Below, piece after piece: positions 40,742-49,927 of a stretch of DNA of 64,000 bases (positions are counted from its first letter, which is position 1; every line of letters begins with the position of its first letter). The DNA is from an uncultured delta proteobacterium. Its GTDB lineage: Bacteria; Desulfobacterota; Desulfuromonadia; Geobacterales; DSM-12255. A program made the translations under genes and the position numbers. The notes below the pieces were generated by a model. It searched no databases. It was not told the DNA's origin and saw only the letters and a list, made by a program, of their open reading frames with translations. Location of the stretch: positions 640,001-704,000 of the forward strand of contig CAWBBV010000001.1 in the NCBI GenBank assembly GCA_963787125.1, read 5' to 3'.

Positions 40742-42277
40742 TCAGCTGATTACCGGTTCCAGAACCAGCTTCAGCTCAAACGCTTCCTTGAAAAGATCGC
40801 TTTTGGAGGTAGCGCCATAGATCTCGACGGCAAGATCGCCATTGCCTTGCAGGCGCAGTACGAGGCGGGAAGGGGAGAAGAGCGGTTCGACAATGCTGAC
40901 CATGCCGGTGCGGCTCCGGTCAAGACCGTCTGCCAGTCTCAAAATGCCGCCTAGCCTTGAGACAAGCAGGCGATCAGCTACGCTTAGCCGCATGAACTGC
41001 TCGTGCTTTTTTTTAGGGAGTGACTTGCGATGGTACCGGGCAACATTGGCGATCAATTCCCGCTCGCGAGGGGTGAAGCCGAAAAGGTCGGCGTGGCGAA
41101 TCAGGTGGTAGGAGTGTTTGTGATGACTGGAGTAGTTGATAAAATAGCCGACGTCATGGAGGATTGCCGCCGCTTCAAGAATCCGACCTTCCCGTTCCCC
41201 CAGGCTGTACGGCCTGGCAAGGGCTTTAAAGATCTGCTGCGCCAGATGCGCTACCTGGAGCGCATGGTTGGCGTCGAAGTGACATGATGCGGCAAAACCG
41301 AGTACGGACTCGCGCCAGGAGCGTGGCACATCCATAGCCGCAAGCATGCCGTGCTTCCTTAGTCCGCGCAGTATCAGCCCTTCCCGTATCCCCCGCTCGT
41401 TAACCTTGAGAAGATTAGTCTGGCAGAACTCCAGCAGCTCATCGATGACCATGACTCCGGCTACAATGATATCGGCACGATCCGGACTTAAGCCCGGAAT
41501 GGCGCGGAGCTCTTTGAGCGTTTTTCGCAGCAGCATTGCCAACAGGTGGACTACGTCACTGCGCAGGATTTCATAGCCATGGGCCGAGCCGTAACCCTCT
41601 TTGCGCCCGGCCAGAAGCATGGCAGCGATGGAGGTTACTGTGCCCCCTGAGCCGATGACCGCATTGATTGTCGCCATGCCGTCCGGAAAGGTCTGCTTGA
41701 GGGTTTTTCTGATATGGCGGCGCAGGCGGTTGTGAGCTTCTGCTGAAGATAGATCAACATTGAGAAAGGTTTCCGACAGATATACCGCCCCGAGCTCCAG
41801 GGAAAAAATCTCTTCAACATGTTGCCCGACGGTGGTGACCAATTCCAGACTGCCGCCGCCGATATCTATCAGCAGGTACCGGGCATCCTCAATGTCGAAG
41901 TTATTGAAGGCGCTTAAGGCGGCAAGTTCGGCTTCTTCCTCACCCTCAATGACACTGACTGCAATGCCGGTCTGTTCCTTGACCGCAGCGATAAACGCCT
42001 TGCCATTGGTTGCCTTGCGCACGGCACTGGTGGCAACAGCCTCAATCTCCCGGACACCATAGCCGTCAATGATCTTTTTCTGGCGGATAAGTGCCGTGAT
42101 CGCCCGGGCGCAGGCTTCAAGCGAGAGCGCTCCGGTTTTGTGCAGCCCTTCGCCAAGGCGGACTGTGGCTTTTTCATCATCAAGAACCCGGAACTTCCCG
42201 GAACTTTCAGCTTCAACGACAATGCTGCGAATGGAGTTGGTGCCGATATCAATGGCGGCCAGACGATTATTTGTCAC
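40742..42277 (-). CDS. ppx: Exopolyphosphatase Ppx/GppA with HD domain
   Basis: AAIDIGTNSIR, VATSAVR, IDIGGGSLE, GIREG, ILHDVGY. Confidence 0.93.
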   Translation of the reverse strand: MTNNRLAAIDIGTNSIRSIVVEAESSGKFRVLDDEKATVRLGEGLHKTGALSLEACARAITALIRQKKIIDGYGVREIEAVATSAVRKATNGKAFIAAVKEQTGIAVSVIEGEEEAELAALSAFNNFDIEDARYLLIDIGGGSLELVTTVGQHVEEIFSLELGAVYLSETFLNVDLSSAEAHNRLRRHIRKTLKQTFPDGMATINAVIGSGGTVTSIAAMLLAGRKEGYGSAHGYEILRSDVVHLLAMLLRKTLKELRAIPGLSPDRADIIVAGVMVIDELLEFCQTNLLKVNERGIREGLILRGLRKHGMLAAMDVPRSWRESVLGFAASCHFDANHALQVAHLAQQIFKALARPYSLGEREGRILEAAAILHDVGYFINYSSHHKHSYHLIRHADLFGFTPRERELIANVARYHRKSLPKKKHEQFMRLSVADRLLVSRLGGILRLADGLDRSRTGMVSIVEPLFSPSRLVLRLQGNGDLAVEIYGATSKSDLFKEAFELKLVLEPVIS

Positions 42278-43161
42278 AGGAGACCCCTTACACGCGTGCC
42301 CATTTCAGTCAGGGGCTCTCTAGCCTGGAGTTGCAGGAACTGAGTGAAAAGCTGATGGCGGCGGTCAGAGATGGTATTTTTTAGCAGCGGCTCAGCCGAA
42401 GGCTCGCTTGTCATCCTCCCGGTCATGCTGCAGAAAACATCCAGATCATGCAGCTGCCCGAGAACTTCCTGGTAAGCCTTGATTGAATTGTAAACATCCT
42501 TGTAATTATCTGCAGCCAGGGGCGCCAGAAATTCCAGCCGGTATCTGAAACGCTTGACGGCAATCCGCAGCCGGTGCTGGGCAGTGATATTCTCCTCCAT
42601 TAGAGCCTCGGGGTAGATCTCCAGCAGCGGCTTCTCCCGTTCCGTAACGGCTTCAAGAAGATACGCGCCGACCGGCTGGAAAAGATTGCTGGCGTTCGGG
42701 TTGAAAATGCGCGGATTGCTGCAGATTTCATCGATCCTGCCAAGGAGTGAGCCGGGATCAATTTTCTTCAGTTCACGCCTAAGTTTGCGCTCTTCCGTCA
42801 CCCTTTCCGCCTGTAAAGCCCTGACTATAGAGGTGATAGCCGCAGTTGAGCTCTCAGTGGATGTTTCCGACAAGGTGTTGAAATAGAGGAGCGCTTCATC
42901 AGTGTTGCGGATTGTTCCGAGCATGTCAGTCAGCCTCTTGAGCTCTTTGCGGAGTCTGGTGAGCTGGCGTTTCCTGAAGCAGTGGGCAAAGATAGCGATC
43001 CCTTCCCGCAGACGGCGCGAGGAGACCCGCAGGTCATGGAGGGCTTCAGGTTCGAAAGCCTCTCTGCTAAGGGTTAGCTGGAGAAAAAAATCGTCGCTGC
43101 GGTCCAGCAAAAAAGCCCGGGCGGCAAGCCAGGTTTGAGTGTCGGCAGTCACGTTTCTCAT
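42274..43161 (-). CDS. CHAD-domain (polyphosphate-binding) protein
   Basis: LHDLRVSSRRLR, HRLRIAVKRFRY, QEVLGQLHDLDV. Confidence 0.93.
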   Translation of the reverse strand: MRNVTADTQTWLAARAFLLDRSDDFFLQLTLSREAFEPEALHDLRVSSRRLREGIAIFAHCFRKRQLTRLRKELKRLTDMLGTIRNTDEALLYFNTLSETSTESSTAAITSIVRALQAERVTEERKLRRELKKIDPGSLLGRIDEICSNPRIFNPNASNLFQPVGAYLLEAVTEREKPLLEIYPEALMEENITAQHRLRIAVKRFRYRLEFLAPLAADNYKDVYNSIKAYQEVLGQLHDLDVFCSMTGRMTSEPSAEPLLKNTISDRRHQLFTQFLQLQAREPLTEMGTRVRGLL

Positions 43162-43553
43162 GAAGTCTTCTTCTCGGCTGAAAGGCTTTTATCGTTGCCT
43201 GCTGCCGCCCTGGTCTTTTTCCCGGCAGGTTTAGGCGCCCGTTCCGGATTGTCGGCTTCAATAGCGCTGTCGAGGAGATCATGCAACAGAACGTCGATTT
43301 TTTTCAGATCCTTGACACGTCCCTTGGCAGGTTTAATTTTGAGGCCATGAATTTCTTTTACCCAGGTGCGCGCAATAGTTTTAAGTCTTACCGGCGGCAT
43401 TTTCAGCAGATAATCGAGCAGTGCCTCTACCTCCCCCTCTTTGCAGAGGATGAAGCCCTCGGCCGTCTCGCGTACTGACGCCCGCAGAGACTTAAGTTCG
43501 GTGACGAGTTCGTGTTGCAGTAGTAGATGGCGGGATTCTTTCTTTTTTTCCAT
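43158..43553 (-). CDS. Hypothetical basic protein with Lys/Ala-rich tail
   Basis: In-operon ORF (2-bp gap upstream, 4-bp overlap downstream); LKIKPAKGRVKDLKKI. Confidence 0.8.
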   Translation of the reverse strand: MEKKKESRHLLLQHELVTELKSLRASVRETAEGFILCKEGEVEALLDYLLKMPPVRLKTIARTWVKEIHGLKIKPAKGRVKDLKKIDVLLHDLLDSAIEADNPERAPKPAGKKTRAAAGNDKSLSAEKKTS

Positions 43554-43555
43554 TC

Positions 43556-44236
43556 CTATATCCCCAGGCTGTCAGCAACCCGGCTGCTGATTTCTCGCGC
43601 CACGGCCTTTACTGACAGGTTGCCATTAACCATTGCAAAGTCGTACTCGGACTCCATCAGGGCAAACTCTTTCTGGATGAGACGTTGGTAGCGGATGAAG
43701 CTGTCAAAACTGTCGCGGGAAAATCCCAGGTCCATCCCTGATTCCCAGTAGTCCAGAGTTGCATTTTTACGCAGATTTCGCTCGACTAACTGAGTCGGGC
43801 TGACCTTGACATAAACCACCAGATCAGGAACCAGAGCAATGCCGTAGAGAGAGCGGACCCAGTCCCGGTCGGCGCCCCGGACGATATCCCTGGCCATGAG
43901 AGTATAGATATATCGATCTGCCAGCACAATAAAACCGGCTTTTAGTGCCGGAATGATCCGGTTCTCCAGTTGATCGGCAAAATCGGTTGCATAGAAAAGG
44001 CTGCGGGTTATCTCCCCCAGCACATTCCCCTGCTTGGCTTCTTTCAGCTCATCGGAAACCAGTGTCGAGCGCCGCAGTCCCACGTTTACCGTGGCATGCC
44101 CCTTGTTTTCCAGGGCATCACGCAGAAGCTCCATCTGAGTGGAGCGTCCGGAGCCGTCGGCCCCTTCGATGACAATCAGGCGACCGGTCAACTCTTCCGG
44201 ATTAATTCCGGGGATACCATCTCCGTAAAATTGCAT
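43556..44236 (-). CDS. Thymidylate-kinase-like protein, P-loop Lys replaced by Arg
   Basis: IEGADGSGRSTQ, TDFADQLE, LADRYIYT, DYWESGMDLG. Confidence 0.88.
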   Translation of the reverse strand: MQFYGDGIPGINPEELTGRLIVIEGADGSGRSTQMELLRDALENKGHATVNVGLRRSTLVSDELKEAKQGNVLGEITRSLFYATDFADQLENRIIPALKAGFIVLADRYIYTLMARDIVRGADRDWVRSLYGIALVPDLVVYVKVSPTQLVERNLRKNATLDYWESGMDLGFSRDSFDSFIRYQRLIQKEFALMESEYDFAMVNGNLSVKAVAREISSRVADSLGI

Positions 44237-44242
44237 AAACCC

Positions 44243-44932
44243 TTATCCTATTGTCCTTGAACGATAACGCGGCAGATCAATCTTTGTGGCAATGATATCT
44301 CTCACCGTCTGCTGTTGTGTTTCTATGGGAGACGAACCATCTACCTCGATAAAACTGAAGCGATCGCGCAGCGAAAGATACTCTTCATAAATCTTCCCCT
44401 GAAAAAGCCGGAAACTTTCATACGGATCGTTGGATAGACCAAGATCCATTCCTGCTTCATGGTATTTTAGCTGCGGTCTGCCGCTCAGAATTCTGCCGAG
44501 CGCAATCTTGAGCGGGGTATTGAAGAAAAGAGTGATATCCGGGTGGCAGGCAAAACCGTAAAGATTCTGGAGCCAGGATTGGGAACAACCCCGAACAGTG
44601 TCACGGGCAAAGGCGGTATAGATGTAACGGTCACAGAGCACCAGATAACCCGCTTTCAAAAGCGGCAGGATCTGCCGCTCGTAGCGATCGGCAAAATCGG
44701 TGCAGTGAATCAGGCTGAAGGTTGTCGGCGTAAGGAGTTGGCGTTTCTTCCCCTTGCTGGTAGCCTTTTTGATCAGCAGGGATGAATTCCACTCGGTGAA
44801 AAAAACCTTTAGCCCCTTCATCTCCAGCCAGCGTTTGAGGAGATAGAGCTGGGTAGATTTTCCTGAACCATCCAGTCCTTCGACAGCGATGAGTCTGCCG
44901 GGGTAGCGCTCAAGTTCACGGTGCAGCATCAT
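44243..44932 (-). CDS. Thymidylate-kinase-like protein, canonical P-loop
   Basis: VEGLDGSGKSTQ, TDFADRYE, LCDRYIYT, KYHEAGMDLG. Confidence 0.88.
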   Translation of the reverse strand: MMLHRELERYPGRLIAVEGLDGSGKSTQLYLLKRWLEMKGLKVFFTEWNSSLLIKKATSKGKKRQLLTPTTFSLIHCTDFADRYERQILPLLKAGYLVLCDRYIYTAFARDTVRGCSQSWLQNLYGFACHPDITLFFNTPLKIALGRILSGRPQLKYHEAGMDLGLSNDPYESFRLFQGKIYEEYLSLRDRFSFIEVDGSSPIETQQQTVRDIIATKIDLPRYRSRTIG

Positions 44933-45453
44933 GCATGTACCCTCTGAAGTGCTTTTCGTGCTTTTTTCAAGCCTGTGCGCAGCTCCTTCAGTCCGGCTTC
45001 GGCAAGCCCTTCAAGTTGCTCCTCGGCCTTTTTAACGACTTTACCGGATCGCTTGAGCTTTTTGCCGGTGTTTTCTTCCACACTCTCCAGCGCCTCGATA
45101 AAGCGAACAAGAGTTTCGGTGAGCTTTTTACCGGGCTTGCCGGCAAGCTCTTCACTGAAGCGGTCTTTTGCCGCTCTGGTCAACTCCTGCACTGACAAGC
45201 GTAACCCCTGGAGTGAATCTTTAAGCGCGGCCGCCCTGAGATCACGCTCGTTATTGTTGCTACCCGCGAAGCTGGCAGCCTGTTCGAGGATGTCGGGGAT
45301 AGTTTTCGGGTTGAGTCCCTTGATTTTTCTGAGACCACCGTCGCCAAGCTTGACGATCTTTTTAAAAGTGTCATGCCCGGCTTCAAGCAGGCGCAGCGCC
45401 AGTACCTCACCAATGCCCCTGATCTGCTGCAGCTCTTTGGCTGTTAAACTCAT
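44929..45453 (-). CDS. Helix-hairpin-helix protein with Lys-rich helical C-terminus
   Basis: LQQIRGIGEVLA and LRKIKGL HhH motifs. Confidence 0.8.
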   Translation of the reverse strand: MSLTAKELQQIRGIGEVLALRLLEAGHDTFKKIVKLGDGGLRKIKGLNPKTIPDILEQAASFAGSNNNERDLRAAALKDSLQGLRLSVQELTRAAKDRFSEELAGKPGKKLTETLVRFIEALESVEENTGKKLKRSGKVVKKAEEQLEGLAEAGLKELRTGLKKARKALQRVHA

Positions 45454-46001
45454 GGTGTAAACTCCTGTAAGTAGCTATGATTTTTGCCAAATAAACGTTC
45501 CAAGGCCTCAGACTGTTTACGGATCGCCTTGCCACTCCCGCTGATCAAGCTGGACAACTCACCGGAGAGTCCTGATTTATTGATCGAGATATCAATAGAC
45601 ACTACGCATCCTTTGGAGAGGTTGCAGGGTGGGGTTAGCCGGAGGAGGGTTCTGACAACCTCTCCAAGTTCCGGCTCGTGACCGACAATAACTATTTCGC
45701 TCGCTGAGCTTCTTGTTCGCAGAAGATTGCCGAGTGTTGCCATGTCGGGTCCGTCAGCCAGGCCAGGAAAAATTTGGAGTTCACCATTGAATCTGATTGT
45801 TTCGGCGAGAATTTCAGCTGTCTGCACAGCCCTGATCAGGGGACTGGAAATTATGAAGTCGGGATCGATCGCCATTTTTTTCAGGCAGGCCGCAACCTGT
45901 CGGAATCTTTTCCGTCCGCGGCAGGTGAGATTACGCTGTTCATCGAGCAGATCAGCCGAACGCTCAATGGCTTGAGCATGGCGGATAAAATGTACCATCA
46001 T
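45450..46001 (-). CDS. sixA: SixA-like histidine phosphatase
   Basis: FIRHAQA, RNLT, SSPLIRAVQTA, VGHEP; start at ATG 46001/45998 (TTG 46022 possible). Confidence 0.88.
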   Translation of the reverse strand: MMVHFIRHAQAIERSADLLDEQRNLTCRGRKRFRQVAACLKKMAIDPDFIISSPLIRAVQTAEILAETIRFNGELQIFPGLADGPDMATLGNLLRTRSSASEIVIVGHEPELGEVVRTLLRLTPPCNLSKGCVVSIDISINKSGLSGELSSLISGSGKAIRKQSEALERLFGKNHSYLQEFTP

Positions 46002-46093
46002 AAATTGATCCAATTGTGACAATTTTCGTGTAAACTATCCTATAAGCAGGCGTTGCTGCAATGCAGAAAATGGCATTAATGCCAATGTTTACG

Positions 46094-46117
46094 AAGTGTC
46101 ACAAAATTGTAACATGA
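46094..46117. promoter_or_regulatory. Pho-box-like repeat between divergent sixA operon and DUF1450-like gene
   Basis: Plus: GTGTCACAAAA TTGTAACATGA; minus: ATGTTACAATT TTGTGACACTT; no clear -10 at +17 in either direction. Confidence 0.6.
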
Positions 46118-46177
46118 CTTTAATGATTCGCAAGAGACTACATAGATTTAACAGCTGAATTGCCAGGAGAGATGACC

Positions 46178-46396
46178 ATGAAGATACGTTTCTGTGAACA
46201 GAACAAAGGTGTTGGGAAGGTGTTCAAGAAGCTGAAAGAGAACCATCCGGATTGGAACATAAAGCGCAAGGATTGTATTAAGAAGTGCGGGCCATGCGGG
46301 AAAATGCCCATTGCCGTGGTAGATGGCGAAACCGTCAAAGCTGATGACGGCGAAGAACTTTACTCCAAAATTGTCGATCTGCTGAAAAAATCATGA
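46178..46396 (+). CDS. Small Cys-containing DUF1450/YuzB-like protein
   Basis: IRFCxxN...CIKKCGPC...PIAVVDGE; AGGAG RBS. Confidence 0.75.
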   Translation: MKIRFCEQNKGVGKVFKKLKENHPDWNIKRKDCIKKCGPCGKMPIAVVDGETVKADDGEELYSKIVDLLKKS

Positions 46397-46408
46397 AATA
46401 GCAACCTT

Positions 46409-47884
46409 CTAAAGCGCCTTCTCGATGGCCTTGCAGAGGGTTTTCATGACCTTGATCCGGGCGTAGTATTTGTCATTGGCCTCAACCAGCGTCCAGGGCG
46501 CAATTTCAGTGCTCGTCCGGTCGATCATGTCACAGATTGCTATTTCGTACTCTTCCCACTTTTCCCGGTTGCGCCAGTCCTCGGCAGTTATTTTGAACCG
46601 TTTGAAACCGGTGCTCTCCCGCTCTTCAAAGCGCTTTAGCTGCTCATTCTTGCTGATGGTCAACCAGTACTTGACTATCACGGTCTTGTTGCGAACCAGC
46701 TGCTCTTCAAAGTCGTTGATCTCACCATAAGCACGCATCCAGTCGGCCTGCGAGCAGAAACCTTCGATGCGTTCAACCAGAACCCGCCCATACCAGGAAC
46801 GATCAAAGATGGCGAATTTCCCTTGTCTCGGGAGGTGTCGCCAGAATCGCCAGAGATATGGCTGCGCCCGCTCGTCTTCGGTCGGAGCTGCCACAGGAAT
46901 TATCCGGTACTGGCGCGCATCAAGGGCTGAGGTGACCCGGCGAATACTCCCCCCTTTGCCGGCGGCATCATTCCCTTCAAAGAGCGCAACAACCGACAAA
47001 TTCCGGAAATTATCGTGGCGGGTAAGTAGAGCGAGTTTGCGCTGATATTCAGCCAATTCATCCTCGTACTCTTTCTTGGAAATGCTTTTAGTCAGGTCAA
47101 TAGCGTGAATCAAGAGAAGATTGTCTATTGCCGGAATCAGTGGCGGCAGGGTCACTGATTGGTATTTCTTTACAGATGCGTCAAGTCGCTGCCTGAGAGC
47201 AGAGAGTACCGCTTTTCCCACGGTCAGGCTGCGATAGTTGGCATCCTCCCCTTCGACAATCGCCCAAGGAGCTTCTCCCGTACTTGTCTGGCGGAGGGCG
47301 TGCTCGGAGCTTCTCCGATAGCGGTCATACAGCTTGAAATCGGCCCAGTCTCTTTTAGTTACCCGCCAGCGGGTATCCTTGTCCTTTTCCAGACTCTTCA
47401 AGCGCTTGCGCTGTCTATCTGCTGACAGATGAAACCAGAACTTGAGTATCAGGGCCCCCTCATCGGCGAGCATTTTTTCAAAACGAATAACCCTTTCCAT
47501 GGACTGGTCAAGTTCGGAGTTTTTGGTCTTGCCGGTAACATGATCGATGATCGGTGCCGAGTACCAGGAGCCAAAAAAGATGCCGATCTTTCCCTTCGGT
47601 GGTAAAGCCCGCCAAAAACGCCACATGTAAGGACGCTCCAGCTCTTCATCGGTAGGGGTGTCAAGGGCGTTTGTCTGGATATGGCGGGGGTCCATCCATT
47701 CATTGAGGATGTTGACCGTTTCTCCTTTGCCGGCGCCATCGACTCCGCCAATGATGATAATTACCGGGAAATCAGCGACAAGCAGGTCGAGTTGGGCATT
47801 GAGCAGTGCTTCGCGCAACTCAGGCACCTCCTGCCGGTAGCGTTCCTTGTCAATTTTGTGACCCAGTTCAGCCGATTCAAACAT
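46409..47884 (-). CDS. pap: Two-domain PPK2, polyphosphate:AMP phosphotransferase type
   Basis: MFESAELGH start, GVDGAGKG and EGNDAAGKGG, FDRSWYGRVLVER. Confidence 0.92.
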   Translation of the reverse strand: MFESAELGHKIDKERYRQEVPELREALLNAQLDLLVADFPVIIIIGGVDGAGKGETVNILNEWMDPRHIQTNALDTPTDEELERPYMWRFWRALPPKGKIGIFFGSWYSAPIIDHVTGKTKNSELDQSMERVIRFEKMLADEGALILKFWFHLSADRQRKRLKSLEKDKDTRWRVTKRDWADFKLYDRYRRSSEHALRQTSTGEAPWAIVEGEDANYRSLTVGKAVLSALRQRLDASVKKYQSVTLPPLIPAIDNLLLIHAIDLTKSISKKEYEDELAEYQRKLALLTRHDNFRNLSVVALFEGNDAAGKGGSIRRVTSALDARQYRIIPVAAPTEDERAQPYLWRFWRHLPRQGKFAIFDRSWYGRVLVERIEGFCSQADWMRAYGEINDFEEQLVRNKTVIVKYWLTISKNEQLKRFEERESTGFKRFKITAEDWRNREKWEEYEIAICDMIDRTSTEIAPWTLVEANDKYYARIKVMKTLCKAIEKAL

Positions 47885-47905
47885 GAGCAGCCCCCTTCAG
47901 CGGTT

Positions 47906-48358
47906 TTATTGATTAAAAGTTTCCGGATCAGCTATGCGAGCCTTCAACTCTCTGACCTCTTGCATAGCCGCCCTGAGCTGGGCATTGAGACGTTCTTCAT
48001 TGAGGAGCATACTTCTGATGCGGGATACGGTGAGAGCCGTGGTGAGGAAGGAGATGAGCCGCATGAACACCTCCCAGTAAATAAAAAAAGCCTGTGAATA
48101 GGGGTGATAAGTGTACTTGTCGGAAAGATACCAGCAGAAGGCGGAAGCAAAGGCGATAAAAAGACCGGAACTTTTGCCGCAGAACCAGGCAGCGATAGAG
48201 ACCGGGATAAAGTAGAAGATGAAAAAACCGAACTCGTAGCCGGTGATATAGTCGAGCCAGCCGATAAGCAGCAGAACAAGCAGGCTGACAACATCGACAA
48301 CCGTGCAGTTTACCGGCTTCTCCAGCCGCGACATTTTCCGCAGATCTGCCAATGTCAT
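47906..48358 (-). CDS. Four-TM membrane protein (DUF4118-like) with short coiled coil, no output domain
   Basis: LDYITGYEFGFFIFYFIPVSIAAW; C-terminal coiled coil. Confidence 0.7.
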   Translation of the reverse strand: MTLADLRKMSRLEKPVNCTVVDVVSLLVLLLIGWLDYITGYEFGFFIFYFIPVSIAAWFCGKSSGLFIAFASAFCWYLSDKYTYHPYSQAFFIYWEVFMRLISFLTTALTVSRIRSMLLNEERLNAQLRAAMQEVRELKARIADPETFNQ

Positions 48359-48379
48359 AATGTATAACTCCTCGACCCC

Positions 48380-49927
48380 CTATTTATAGGGGTCTTCAGA
48401 CCCTTTGCCGTTTGCAGCCGGCTCCTTTAGCGGCGACCGATCCTTGACTGCAAAGACCTCTATTCCAGACTTCCCTTCGAGCGGGCAGACCTTTTCGCAG
48501 ATGCCGCAACCGTTACAAAGCTCTTCCACCACGTAGGGCGCTTTTACCTGGCGGCGAACGTCATCGAAACCGGTCATGGTGACAAGCTCTGATCTGATCG
48601 CTTTTTGTGGAATAGGGCAGTGTTCTTCGCAGACAATGCAGTCGATCCGCCGGGCGAACGGAATGCAATGGTTTTTGTCGAAGATTGCCTTGCCGATAAC
48701 CTGCCGTTTTTTCTCCGGGATCGGCAGATCGGGGATCGCCCCGGTCGGGCAGACCTGGCCGCAAAGGGTGCAGTTATACTCGCAGTAACCGAGTCTCGGT
48801 ATCAATACCGGCGTATAGAGACCTTCAATACCTGCCTGTGACAACGCCGGATAAAGGGCGCTGCGCAGACAGACCTTCATGCACTCACCGCATCTGACGC
48901 ACTTTTTGAGAAAATCCTCTTCATTCTTGACGCCGGGGGGGCGGAGCAGCTTAGACTCTTTTGCCGGATCACGAAAGCGCAATAGTCTTGCCAGCATAAA
49001 GCCGGAAAAAATCCCGCCAAGAAAGACCCGGCGTTCCATGAAGGCGGGTTTTTCAGGCTGAAAACCAAAGGAAAACTGCACCGTGTCGGCCGGACAGGCG
49101 GCTACGCAGCTCATGCAGGAGAAGCACTCCTCTTTCTGCATCAGTTCCCGGTCGAAGCCGGATGGGCAGGCGTCTGCACACTTCATGCAGGGTGAGCAGG
49201 GGGCTGGCGGAGTTCTGACCAGGGGGGAGAAACGGGCGGCAATTCCCAGCAGCGTGCCGAGAGGACAGAGCTGGCGGCACCAGCTCCGCTCACCGGAGCG
49301 TTCGAGGAGAATAATGACTGCCAACAGGGCCGCAGAGGTGAAGGCCAGCGGATAAAGGGCTTCGCGGAAGGGGAGCAGATAACCGGAGATGGCCAGATAA
49401 GCAGGGGCTATGCTGTCGCGCTGATCGCCGACGAGCTGATAGAGCCCACGCCAGGTTCCGCGTACCGTGTCGCCAAGGAGCGGATGAAGAAAGAAGGTCA
49501 TCCCCCTCAGGAGGATGGCAATCGGATCGAGCAGACCGGCAAGGTTAAGATTGAAAAGACTGGCAGAAAGGAGCGGCAGGAGCAGCCAGTACTTCAGGCT
49601 CCTGTTGAACAGCAGCGGTGAGGTTGATTTTTTTATCCGCTTTGTCATTAAGTCGAGGATTGTTCCCAGGGGGCAGAGCCAGCCGCAAAAAAATCTCCCG
49701 AGAAACAGAGAAAAGAGGAGGGTCAGCATTCCCGGTAAGAGGAGCGGTTGCCATGATTTTGCCGCCAAAAGCGTGCTGAGGCTGGTCAACGGGTCGGCGC
49801 GGAAAAAACCGTTGACCGCGGCAATGATCCGGTCGCTCCCCCGGTACTCCGTCATCAGGAAAAGGATGATGAAGAGAGCAAAAAAGATAAGTTGTGCTAT
49901 CCGATGTGCACGGTATTTTCTCAGAAT
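48380..49927 (-). CDS. Membrane polyferredoxin (NapH/MauN-like + NapG/MauM-like fusion); first ATG 49855, frame open to CTG 49924/ATT 49927
   Basis: GRFFCGWLCPLG, WCRQLCPLG, LRPPG...CVRCGECMKVC, multiple 4Fe-4S motifs. Confidence 0.88.
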   Translation of the reverse strand: MLRKYRAHRIAQLIFFALFIILFLMTEYRGSDRIIAAVNGFFRADPLTSLSTLLAAKSWQPLLLPGMLTLLFSLFLGRFFCGWLCPLGTILDLMTKRIKKSTSPLLFNRSLKYWLLLPLLSASLFNLNLAGLLDPIAILLRGMTFFLHPLLGDTVRGTWRGLYQLVGDQRDSIAPAYLAISGYLLPFREALYPLAFTSAALLAVIILLERSGERSWCRQLCPLGTLLGIAARFSPLVRTPPAPCSPCMKCADACPSGFDRELMQKEECFSCMSCVAACPADTVQFSFGFQPEKPAFMERRVFLGGIFSGFMLARLLRFRDPAKESKLLRPPGVKNEEDFLKKCVRCGECMKVCLRSALYPALSQAGIEGLYTPVLIPRLGYCEYNCTLCGQVCPTGAIPDLPIPEKKRQVIGKAIFDKNHCIPFARRIDCIVCEEHCPIPQKAIRSELVTMTGFDDVRRQVKAPYVVEELCNGCGICEKVCPLEGKSGIEVFAVKDRSPLKEPAANGKGSEDPYK

